Source: Ginkgo biloba (Eukaryota > Plantae > Ginkgophyta). From it: a stretch of 21,814 nucleotides of DNA. Shown in pieces: positions 1 to 10,430 of this stretch. The notes under the pieces are model-generated. The model ran no database searches. It was not told where the DNA came from and saw only the letters and a list, made by a program, of their open reading frames with translations. The stretch lies in the NCBI GenBank assembly GCA_024626585.2, contig JANKJI020000004.1, positions 969,867 through 991,680 on the forward strand. Direction: 5' to 3'. The first letter of the stretch is position 1. Each line of letters opens with the position of its first letter. Made by a program: the position numbers and the translations under genes.

Positions 1-240
1 CCAAATATCGAGCAACAAAATCGTACGTGCAAAAGCATATGTTCTTAGGACAAGTTTCTTATGTTTTGGCGATAAGAAAAATGCACAACGCTCAATTGGG
101 AGAAGATGCAACACTCAATGGGAGAAAGCATGATGCTTAGGAGAAGGCCTATCACTCGATTGTGGCCTGCTGCGCATAGTATCCCTTGATTAAGGCCCAG
201 GGATATTATGCAACAATGTAGTACCTACCATAAATGGATT

Positions 241-1056
241 TATACCATAGTGCAAGTTGTTAAGAACTAGAAACATTATCTCTTTGGGAAGGAAACTATC
301 ATTCACTCTGATCATTAGTCACTTCAATTTTTGCATTTTCAAACTAAATTAGAGGAACATCACTTAGTGAAGTGGATGAGTTTTATGCAATAGTTTTATA
401 TCATCATCAAATATAAAAAAGAAAGCAACAATATTGTGGTCGACTTCTTCAGCAGGCCACCTATGCATTCTTTAATGCACATCTTAGATGCTACATGTTT
501 TGTCTTTCCCGAATGGAAAGAGATGCATTTTATTGATTCAGATTATGGCCTATATATCATATCCTCTAGTTGTAAGAGATGATTCTTTGAGAGATTTTCA
601 TTTCAAGGATGGATATTTGTACAAACTATGATTACTTTATGTTCCTCTTAAAGTCTCTTAAAATTAGTTAATTCGAGAAGCTCATCATCACTCTAAAATG
701 GATGGGCACTTTGGAGTTCAAAAAATCTTGGCCCATTTGGAATGTTATTTTTATTAGCCAAGAATGCAGGTTGATGTAGAGTGCCATATTCACACGTGCT
801 CTCTTTTTTATATATCGAAGCCTTCCTGTTGAAATCTTGAAACTATTAACCACTTCTAGTTCTTGCTCGACCATTGGAGCCTATCTCCATGGAATTTTGG
901 GGAAGATTGCCTCTCACCTAGCACATCCATTATTACATCTTTGTGGTAGTTGACCATTTCAAGAAGATGGCCATTTTGATGGCTTACTAAAAATCCATTT
1001 CAACACCACAAGTGGCTAGGTTATTCTTCACACATCTTTGGGTTCATTATGGTTTT
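241..1056 (+). mobile_element. Decayed Ty3/gypsy pol fragment: RNase H C-terminus, integrase zinc finger and start of integrase core
   Basis: Translation from 241 gives YTIVQVVKN*KHYLFGKETIIHSDH*SLQFL...KWMSFMQ*FYIIIKYKKESNNIVVDFFSRPP (gypsy RNase H end), then LIREAHHHSKMDGHFGVQKILAHLECYFY*PRMQVDV (zinc-finger region) and ISMEFWGRLP...FVVVDHFKKMAIL...VARLFFTHLWVHYGF (integrase core). Multiple stops and frameshifts; ends at an N gap. Confidence 0.9.
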
Positions 1057-2258
1057 NNNNNNNNNNNNNNNNNNNNNNNNNNNNNNNNNNNNNNNNNNNN
1101 NNNNNNNNNNNNNNNNNNNNNNNNNNNNNNNNNNNNNNNNNNNNNNNNNNNNNNNNCACACACACATGTATGTGTGTATAGTTTTGAGGATGGAAGTAAG
1201 ATCCTAATCAACCTAGGTATAGAGGCTATTGTAGTAGATAGCCTTACTCATCTATTGTCTATGCATAAATGAAATGGATAAGGGATAATTCTTCCTAAAT
1301 TTGACCTAGCTAAATAAATGGATTTATAAATCACATCATTAATAATATTCTTAGTAGTGGCAACATTAAAGAGAGTTCAAATTGTTTCCAAAAATCAAAA
1401 GAGAAGCAAAGGAACTTATTAGGAATATGTAGCAACTTGTGATCCTTAAGTGGACCTTTGTTTTGTTAATGTAATTACTTAATCCTATAGAATCTTTGTG
1501 TGACCTATACAAAATGAAAAGTTATAACTCCAACTTTGTAATTTGAATGTGTGCACATTGAGTCAAAAATATGATAAATGAACCATTCCCATAGGAGATT
1601 ACACAAATAAAATCTAGAAATAAAATAACTAAATAAATAACAAAAATACTTTGCAAGCATAGTAATACACCTTTATAGACCATGTCTTTTGCTTCTCTCT
1701 CTAGAGATATATAACACTATGATAAGAATATAAACATGTTATTAGATAAGGTTTTAGATAAGATGGAATAACCTTGGCTGATAAAATACCCTTTCCCTAT
1801 TTGAAAAGAATTGAAACTGCACCCAAATAAAAACAAATCCTTTATGAAGAATAATTATGCTTCCATTTATATCCCTTAGATGGTTTTCTTGCGATAAAAG
1901 AAAAAATCCTTAACATAATGTATGGTGATAATTTAGATAATATAATATAAGTCCATGATGCCTTAAGTGGGTTTTAAGAACCTTAGTATCATATATGTAA
2001 TAAACTTCATTACCAAACCTACTCTACTGTTGCAATTTTTAGGATTTTACACACATGATCATAGACCTTTAGATTAAGAAGAACCAATCATCATTCTTAA
2101 ACTTTCAATGATTGTATCATAGATAAAAATACAAGGTTATTTACTGAATCATCATTGTTTTAACCACAATGATTTATGAAATCATTGTGCTTTTAACCAT
2201 ATTAAAATTGGCATATGTGAATCATTAAAAATGCATATATTTCTTGTAATTTTTCTTT

Positions 2259-2975
2259 TCAACATTGGTGTATGTACATTTCCTTGAATTCAAAGTCCCT
2301 AACTTTTATAGGTCTTGCAATTGTCATTGCATCTTGTAATATACGTGGATTATTTTTTCTTACCTTAGCTCTTATTTTGGGTTGCATGCTATTAACAATG
2401 AATTCAAAATTTATGTGGTCATATGAATTTCTATTTGCAATGTATCCTTTCACATTCTTATTGAAAGGAATGGGCCACCTAGATATTGAAGGGTTTTCCC
2501 TATTTATGTGTCATTCTTTAAAAAAATACCTCCTTTCAAAGTCTTTATAGATTACAATTCCTTGACTTATCATGGTGTGGAGTTTCCTATCCACCCAAAT
2601 GAAATCATGACCTTCTATGTTATTGAGAATAAAATTTATTTTACCTACATTCTCTCTATTATTGTTGTTAATAAATGCAATCCATTCCTTTAATTCAATG
2701 GGCATGTAGAACTTGTATTGGGACATCTTGAATTGGGCCTNNNNNNNNNNNNNNNNNNNNNNNNNNNNNNNNNNNNNNNNNNNNNNNNNNNNNNNNNNNN
2801 NNNNNNNNNNNNNNNNNNNNTTAAATATTTTTATGGTTGTCATCCTTTGGTATAATCCTTGGTCCAATTTGTTGAGTCTTTTTCTTATCCCTTTACCGTA
2901 ATTATCAAATTTGATCACTTTGTCAACTGTGGTTTTCATTTTTCTTAATGTCATTGACTGAGTTTGTATTGGCAT
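2259..2975 (-). mobile_element. Degenerate retrotransposon gag-like fragment
   Basis: Minus-strand ORFs 2511-2975 (ELKEWIAF...KINFILNNIEGHDFIW...IYKDFERRYF) and 2259-2453 (FIVNSMQPKIRAKVRKNNPRILQDAMTIA) resemble the Retrotrans_gag pattern. A PBS-like sequence lies just upstream on the same strand (~3009-3019). Confidence 0.55.
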
Positions 2976-3008
2976 ACGATGTCACAATTATAGGATCATT
3001 GTGAGAAC

Positions 3009-3530
3009 ATGATACTAATTGTAACAACCCTTATAGGTCTATTGTGAACAAGCACAAAACTACTTGCAAGAAAGATAACTTGATATTGATAACTCAATAA
3101 AAAACTACACTATCATAAAGGTCTTATAAAAGTCACTCATATCAAGTACAAGGAATGAGTGAGATAGTAATAGTTCAAAAAAAATGGGAAACCTTACTTT
3201 CCCACACATTGCTTCCTTGATAAGTTATTATCTAAACAAGCAATTAAAATAATGATTTTATAGTTACCACTACTTGTAGATATGGAAGCAATTTATATAA
3301 CCTTTTACAAAAGGTCACGACTCTTCATCTTGATAAATAATATTAGTGGGTTAAGATTGTATTAGCCTTATTTAAGTTATTTATGCTTATTTAAGTCTTT
3401 TATACTTATTTTAAGTTTTAAATTAATATCCTAAGTTGTGAATTGAATCACAACATTTTTATCTCACATACAAGGGTTCTTTTGAGTTTTGATTCCCTGT
3501 AGGCTTATGTTATGACTTAGGTTCACAACA
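3009..3530 (-). mobile_element. Candidate degenerate tRNA-Met PBS plus adjacent LTR of the minus-strand element
   Basis: Plus-strand atgatactaattgtaac (3009-3025) resembles the reverse complement of GTTACA-AT-TGGTATCAGAG. The segment runs tgtaac (3020) to ttcacaaca (3530), giving TG...CA termini around an AT-rich interior. No second LTR copy is visible to confirm the boundaries. Confidence 0.35.
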
Positions 3531-3994
3531 TTGTCCATTCCACATCTTCCTAAATTGATTTTAGATTTTTCAAAATGCACGTGTTCCTTTAACTAATTAT
3601 GTTTGCTCAAGATTGAAAATTTCAAGGAGGGAGGGGGGGATTCTTTTTTCCTTGCTAAGCCTTGGCAAGGACTTTACAAGACACTGAAAAAGGTTATGGA
3701 TTTGCAATTTTGAAAATATATNNNNNNNNNNNNNNNNNNNNNNNNNNNNNNNNNNNNNNNNNNNNNNNNNNNNNNNNNNNNNNNNTTTTATTTCTTCTTG
3801 ATAGGATTTTTAAAAAATCAAGACCTATGGTCTTCCAAGTAGCCTTATGGGAAATCCTCTTAGAAAGGAAACATCTACCATCGTATTGAGCCAAATTTCA
3901 ACTCAAAGGACATTAGGTAATACTTTAATTACAATCGAATTTCTGTAAAATATAATTGGTTATATTTTTAGTATTCACTATTAATTTGCATCAT

Positions 3995-4789
3995 ATATGG
4001 TCCTATTAATGAATCAAATGTATCCATACATTCCTTTCCTTAGTCGTATGTTTCCTAGTGGCTAGGGAATTAGGGAATATCATAAATATACCTTTCCTTC
4101 CCTAGTTGGGTCACTTCATCTCACCAAGAATTACATAATATGTTGACAGGACCACTAGTGAATCAGTTTTCACCATGTATTCCCTTCCCTATTCCTACAA
4201 TTCTCACTAGCTAAGGAATTAAAGAATCTTTGGAATATACCTTTTCTTCCCTAGTTGGATTGCCTAAAATCACCGAGAATTAGGGAAGTTATTGACAGGA
4301 CCGCCAATGAATTGACTACCACCATGTATTCCCTTCCCTAGTCATGCACTTACCACGAGACAAGGAATAAGTGAATCTTGGGAATATATGTTTCCTTTCC
4401 TAATTGGATCACCTCAGCTCACCAAGTATTAGGGAATTTATTGATAGGACTTCCAATGAATAGATTATTACCACATATTCTCTTCCTTAGTCGTCTACTT
4501 CCTGTTAGTTAGGGAGTTAGGGAATCTTAGGAATATACCTTCCCTTTTGTGGTTGGGTTAACTAAGCTCACTAGGGACTAGGGAATTCATTGATAGGACC
4601 TCTAACAAATTGGTTTCTACCATGTGTTCTCTTCCTTGGTTATATGCTTCTTGCTATCCAAAAATTTATGGAATCTTAGGAATATATCTTCCCTTCTCTG
4701 GTTAGTTCACCATAACTCACCATAGACTAGGGAAGCTAGTAATAAGACCTCTAACAAATCGGATACCAACACATATTCCCTTCCTTGGG
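3995..4789. repeat. Tandem array of ~5.3 diverged 149-bp units
   Basis: Unit anchor ttc(c/t)(c/t)ttcc(c/t)ta-like recurs at 4031, 4180, 4329, 4478, 4627 and 4776 (exact 149-bp spacing). Shared internal blocks include gaatatacct, ttga(c/t)aggac and ccatgta. Confidence 0.95.
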
Positions 4790-4791
4790 TT

Positions 4792-5079
4792 TTGAGAGAC
4801 GACCTAAATAATCCAGTTGCGAGTCATGTTACATTAATTCCTTTTCCTTGTACCAACAATAATGTTGAGTATGTTGTCTTGATCAAAGCCTTAGAGGTCT
4901 TCATTTCTAAAGGGATATCACAAGTATGTGTTTTATTTAATTCCTTACTTTTGTGTAATAAAAAAAATTCACATTGGAATGTCAAGAGTGATACGCTTAA
5001 ATAGTATTTTGATTCATCTATAGATTTAAAGGATAAATTCTTATCATTTAGCATACCCCATATCTCTAAATCGTTGAGC
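4792..5079 (+). mobile_element. Decayed RNase HI-like (archaeal-type aRH, RVT_3-like) domain as found in Tat-lineage gypsy elements
   Basis: CTNNNVEYVVLIKALEVFISKGISQVCVLFNSLLLCNKKNSHWNVKSDTLK*YFDSSIDLKDKFLSFSIPHISK matches the pattern TNNxAEYxALIxGL...GI..V.V.GDS.L....G.W.VK...L..Y......L...F....I.HI.R. The catalytic Asp of GDS is lost and there is an internal stop. Confidence 0.75.
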
Positions 5080-5689
5080 NNNNNNNNNNNNNNNNNNNNN
5101 NNNNNNNNNNNNNNNNNNNNNNNNNNNNNNNNNNNNNNNNNNNNNNNNNNNNNNNNNNNGCCACTATTTTGTAGATTGAACCTTTGGTTGTTAATCCTTC
5201 ATCTATTTTTTATTAATAAGATATCATATCTCAGAGTTTAGTTGCGTCCACCTCTACTCGCTTATCTTGCTCATTGAATTCTTCATTAGTAGTTAGTAAT
5301 TAGGTCCCATCTATTGTTCCTAGGTGCTTTAGAAGAGAAAATTGTCATCTTCAAGGCCTCCCACCAACGAAGGCAGTCCTTCAAAGTCCAATTTAGTGAG
5401 TGTGAAAGATTCTTTGTNNNNNNNNNNNNNNNNCAATTGTCCTACCATATATCCTCTAGGCCCAATTACTTCCAATTCCCCCATCTATTCTTTTTTCCTT
5501 AGGTTTGCCATCATCTTTGAGCATTTGAGCCAATCCCTTCTTCACTATTTTTCAATAGGTCTCCCCATTCCAAGTGCCTTTGACCTTTGTGGTTACTTCA
5601 AATTAATATTCTTCTCCATTAATTATTCTTGTGTCACCACCAATGGCTTTATCCTCTGCACCTCCAATGATTATTCCTATCATAGTACC

Positions 5690-5960
5690 TCTAGGCCTAT
5701 ATCGAGTCTCACAAATATTGTTTCCTAGATATAATGGACTGGATGACCCTAGTAAGCATGTGCATACTTTTGTGTCTAATTGCATTGCTAATGGAATTAC
5801 CGATCTAGATCACTAAATAGTTTTATTAGACTACTTTCACCCATGATGCTAGGGATTGGTATGATACCTTGCTTCATCTGTCAATGCAATCATGGGATAC
5901 AATTATGACACTACTAATTCCATAATTTTCATGGACCAATAGGAATCAACAAGTCATGAA
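5690..5960 (+). mobile_element. Decayed retrotransposon gag fragment
   Basis: FPRYNGLDDPSKHVHTFVSNCIANGITDLDH followed after a frameshift by TTFTHDARDWYDTL..LSMQSWDTIM matches the gag motif P.(F/Y).G..DP..H...F...C and A..WY..L...SI.SW. Preceded by a Pro/Ser-rich stretch. Confidence 0.75.
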
Positions 5961-6069
5961 TGAGTTGTNNNNNNNNNNNNNNNNNNNNNNNNNNNNNNNN
6001 NNNNNNNNNNNNNNNNNNNNNNNNNNNNNNNNNNNNNNNNNNNNNNNNNNNNNNNNNNNNNNNNNNNNT

Positions 6070-6080
6070 TGGTATCAGAG
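6070..6080 (+). promoter_or_regulatory. LTR-retrotransposon primer-binding site (tRNA-iMet)
   Basis: TGGTATCAGAG is an 11-nt match to the canonical plant PBS TGGTATCAGAGC. It lies immediately after an N gap that would hide the LTR end. Confidence 0.75.
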
Positions 6081-6971
6081 TAGGTTCGGGTGGAGAAATC
6101 AAAATTCAGGTATTTTTCCTAAGAGGAGCAGATCAATGAAATCGAGAAGGCAATTTATGTGTCACTATTTGCAGAAACCAAAAATGTTGGGCGATTTTGT
6201 GTGGCGAGATTATTAGAATCCCTGTTAAGCAGTATGTTTAAAGAGAAAATAATTAGCAACTCATTCGAGATTGTGCTAGCGTGTTTGCAAACCTATGGAT
6301 ATTGTTGCTAGGTTATTATTGGTTGCTCACTGAAGGCCATGCACCAGGAGGAAATCCCGTGGGGAGACAAGGAAGAAAGGCATATTTCTCTCATTGAATA
6401 GCGAACAGTCTTTCGTGGAGCGGCTAGCACACAAACAACACATACTGAAAATGAACACTATGAACTCGTAGGAGAAAGAGCAACAAGAATCGTGTTCTAG
6501 AAAACCACCAGGAGAAATTCACTCGTAGAAAATTCAAACAAAAAATTGATTTTGGGTAAAAGCGATCGTCACGACCAAAGTTCCAGGTTTTTTATTTAAA
6601 GAATTTTAAATTTTTTTATAAAAGCCTAAAGTTTGATTTTTTTATTATCTATTGTGAAAAATCTCTATCAGTAGATTTAAATCTTTTTTCCATTAGTTCA
6701 CTTTTTCATCCATTGACAAAAAAAATTATGTTTTTAAGTTGAGTGTTAATATTTTCATCAATTGATACTGTTCACTCCAGAAACTCATTTTTTAGCATTT
6801 TAAAGCATTTTTCTCACGGATAACTGAAAATTTGTTAAGTAAAAATTATCCGGTATCGTTAATCATATAAATTTGTCGATTTTGTTCCATTTTAAGCCTA
6901 ATTTATTGCCAAAATCTTCATTTAAAGATAAATTTATGTAAAACATTAAATTCTCTTAATTAAATTCTATC

Positions 6972-7200
6972 ACTAGCCAATTGGTTGGGTTGCCTTGTGT
7001 AAGATGGATTTCCTGTAGTGAAGAATTTTTTTATTTTTACTGGAATATTGGTTGTCTTTCCTTATGTAACCTATATTACCTATATTAGTTAACACTTATA
7101 ACTAGCACATTGGTTGGTTGGCTTGTGTAAGTTGGATTTCCTGCAATAATTTTACTAGTGCATTGGTTGGCTTGCCTCTTGTAAGATGGATTTTCGCTAG
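6972..7200 (+). repeat. Three copies of a ~50-bp motif (actag..cattggttgg.ttg...tgtaag.tggattt)
   Basis: Copies start at 6972, 7101 and 7154. The same motif family reappears at 13100-13255. Confidence 0.8.
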
Positions 7201-7385
7201 TAAATAGAAAAAAATAAAATTGAATGTTATCATAGCAAATTATTATTAAAATTGTGGCATTTGTACTTTGCTAAGAGTTTGTTGANNNNNNNNNNNNNNN
7301 NNNNNNNNNNNNNNNNNNNNNNNNNNNNNNNNNNNNNNNNNNNNNNNNNNNNNNNNNNNNNNNNNNNNNNNNNNNNNNNNNNNNN

Positions 7386-8517
7386 ATCCCTTAGCAATGC
7401 AAAAAATCAAGAAGAAGAAAAAGGGTAGGTTCCAACCTTTAATTGGGCTAAATGTTATACAAAACTCATTTTTATTGGAAAAATATAGATAGTGTCTTTA
7501 TTGGAGCTATTTATTGGTGAATTGGGCATAAGTGCATGAGATATTGGAGGAATTTCATACGATAATTTATGGCAACCACTTTACTAGGAAAAAGATCACA
7601 AGAAAGGTAATTTGGATAGGTTTCTACTAACCGACATCATATAAATATGCATATGCCATAGCTAAAGCATGTAAATTATGCCAGATATAGGCAAAATGAG
7701 GCCATTACCTAGCTTACCATTGTATCCTATCATCACTTCAATAACATTTTCAAAGTGGGGTCTTAATTATATTGTAGTTCCAGTGCCTTCTCTTACCAAA
7801 CATATTCATATACTAATAACTATCGATTACCTCACATAGTGGATCAAAACAACTCCCAACACAAGGGTTGATGTCAAAATTATAATCAATTTTACTACTG
7901 CTAACATTATTTGTAGGTTTGACATTCTGTTTGAATTGGTGTTTGATAAAGGATCACACTTCTAGAATCATGTAATGTAGGAGTTGTCCTGTTAGTTAGG
8001 GATTGTGCACATGTTTTCTTCTTCATATCATCCCTACATGATTGGCCTAGAAAAAAGTAATGCTAAAGTGTTGGTTAATATTCTATGTCAGATGAGAGAT
8101 CAACATAGGTTGGATTGGAATCAAAAGTTGGATTTGGCATTGTGGACTTACTAAACCACCTACAAGGCATCTATGGAAGCCATGTCATTCTCACTAGTCT
8201 ATGGGAAGGAAGTTGTCCNNNNNNNNNNNNNNNNNNNNNNNNNNNNNNNNNNNNNNNNNNNNNNNNNNNNNNNNTGAACCTAGTGGATTATTTAGAGTTA
8301 GGGAACCCTATCAATGCTAGTATTATTTCTACCATTCACATGGATGAGGATTGCTTAGCATCCCTCTAATACAATGAGGTTAAGTAAACACAACTACTGA
8401 GTTGGTTTGAGAGAAAGACTAAACACCAAAATTTTGAAACATGTGACCTTGTTTGGCTATGGAATAAGTCAAATGAGAAGCATCCTAAAATGTTTGATGC
8501 ACTATGGATAGGTCCTT
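7386..8517 (+). mobile_element. Decayed Tat/Athila-type gypsy integrase (zinc finger, core, GPY/F region)
   Basis: EILEEFHTIIYGNHFTRKKITRKVIWIGFY*PTSYKYAYAIAKACKLCQ; FSKWGLNYI...ILITIDYLT*WIK...IICRFDIL...DKGSHF...SSSYHPYMIG...DWNQKLDLALWTY*TTYK...FSLVYGKEVV; then WFERKTKHQNFETCDLVWLW...KHPKMFDALWIGP. Many stops. Confidence 0.9.
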
Positions 8518-9119
8518 NNNNNNNNNNNNNNNNNNNNNNNNNNNNNNNNNNNNNNNNNNNNNNNNNNNNNNNNNNNNNNNNNNNNNNNNGCATTAAGTTA
8601 CTTAAATGTGCAGTTGACCAACATCATACTAACACATGTATATAGTTATAGTAAAGTAGGTAAGTAGGAGAATAAGAATTTATCAGGTGATATTTGGGTC
8701 TCATTTATCCAATGTGGATAGGACTTTGATCCCTTGTGCTAGTCCCAAATGAGGATCCAATGGTCCTTAACTAGGTCATCCTATCGTGAAAATGTTAGNN
8801 NNNNNNNNNNNNNNNNNNNNNNNNNNNNNNNNNNNNNNNNNNNNNNNNNNNNNNNNNNNNNNNNNNNNNNNNNNNNNNNNNNNNNNNNNNNNNNNNNNGC
8901 CAAATTCTTCCAAATTTGAAAAATCATAGCCTATTGGCTAAATTTAACATCAATTATTACCAAAATATTTATATTTCTAAAACATTCACCTAAAATGTAT
9001 ATATTACTAATTTTATATGTTAAAATTATTTGCCAATGAATTATACTTTTAAAAAACAAGGCAAACCTTAAAATTTCTCTACTTACAAACATACTTTGAG
9101 ATCATTGGTTTTTGTCTCT

Positions 9120-10430
9120 ACACCATCAATGATCCCAACCCGTAGGTTGCCAAGTAACTTGATCAATATAGGGGTAAGTACAATCCCTGAAAGCCAAGAT
9201 TGGTGGATATAAGGCCCAACCACAAGCCATTCAACAAGAGTAGAAATCACTTAGGGCAATGCCGGTCGCATTTATGCAAGAGGCCAGAAAGCACATAATG
9301 GTGGCCAGGGCCAAAGTTAAAGTACATAGTCATAGTGGAGTTGGTTGTTAAGGCCAAAATGGATGAAGTTGTCTTTCTGATAACTGCCATCACCAGTACT
9401 GTTGGTGCCGAGTTGCGCAGGGCAAAATCTGAGTACCTCATGTCACAAAAAACCACTTCCATTGATCCATCCCAACAACCAACCTTAGAGCAAGCAACTA
9501 AGCAAAAGGCAATAGAGCCTTTTGCCCTATTGATTAGCTTACCAAAGTGCGTAGGGTTCCAGTAGGATCAACAGGGCAACAATGCTCGGAGTTTGTAGAG
9601 AACACAATCTTTGATCAAGGAGTTAAATCAATCCCTACAACANNNNNNNNNNNNNNNNNNNNNNNNNNNNNNNNNNNNNNNNNNNNNNNNNNNNNNNNNN
9701 NNNNNNNNNNNNNNCAGAAACAGAAGCCCTGAATACCCTAGCCCTCTCCAACGATCTGAATGGGGAGCGGTAGAAGTGGATTTCCAATTGAATCTAGTCG
9801 AGGTGGAACTTTAACAAGCTATGGGTGACTATGGATAAGGGCCTTCCTCTGCTATCCCAATAATTCAACCAGTAGGAATTTCAATGGCCAGTACTACTCC
9901 ATCCATTATCCTGACTCTGTCAACATCGGTCTCGACAATGGTATCTTCAGCCCTAGCACAATCTTCATCTTTCTCTTCAACAGGCCTTGCATTGTCCTAT
10001 GCAATAACTCCTCAACGTAGACCATCAGTCCAGCCATTAGTGATTTTTCCATCGCTGCCAACTTCATCGATACAAGTTATTCCTCCCTAGAAGGATTTTC
10101 AATTGAGCCTGACATGGTAATTTCGAACCCCGATGCCCCAATAGTACATAATGAGAAGTCAGATTTAGAGCAAGATATCTCTAGCTTTATGGTTTGATAG
10201 ATCACAAGGGCACCACCAGATACATCTGGTGTTGCGGTCATTGGTCAAGCATCAACACTCCCCTTGACTAGCGCAATCCTTATAGAACTGGAGGATTCGG
10301 CTTTGCTATCTCCATTTGCAAAGTCACCATATAAAGAGGGCCTTGCATCGACCACCTCAACAACAGAGCAAAAATCATCAATGCCAATTGGGCAACACCA
10401 ATCTACAAGGTTTAAGCTGTGAATCACTGT
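9120..10430 (+). mobile_element. Degenerate ORF-like region downstream of the integrase, possibly an extra 3' ORF of a Tat-type element
   Basis: Higher GC than its flanks, with several short plus-strand Ser/Thr/Pro/Gln-rich ORF pieces (9335-9565, 9884-10090) broken by stops. No recognisable domain. Confidence 0.3.

Larger units (their letters stand above)
6069..7285 (+). mobile_element. Probable 5' leader region of an LTR retrotransposon
   Basis: Begins with the PBS, has no sustained ORF, is AT-rich, contains short repeated blocks at 6972-7200 and is bounded by N gaps. Confidence 0.55.

Noticed and set aside
3995-4789. CRISPR-like interpretation of the periodic array
   Set aside because: Whole units are homologous with no unique spacers, the context is eukaryotic, and there are no cas genes.
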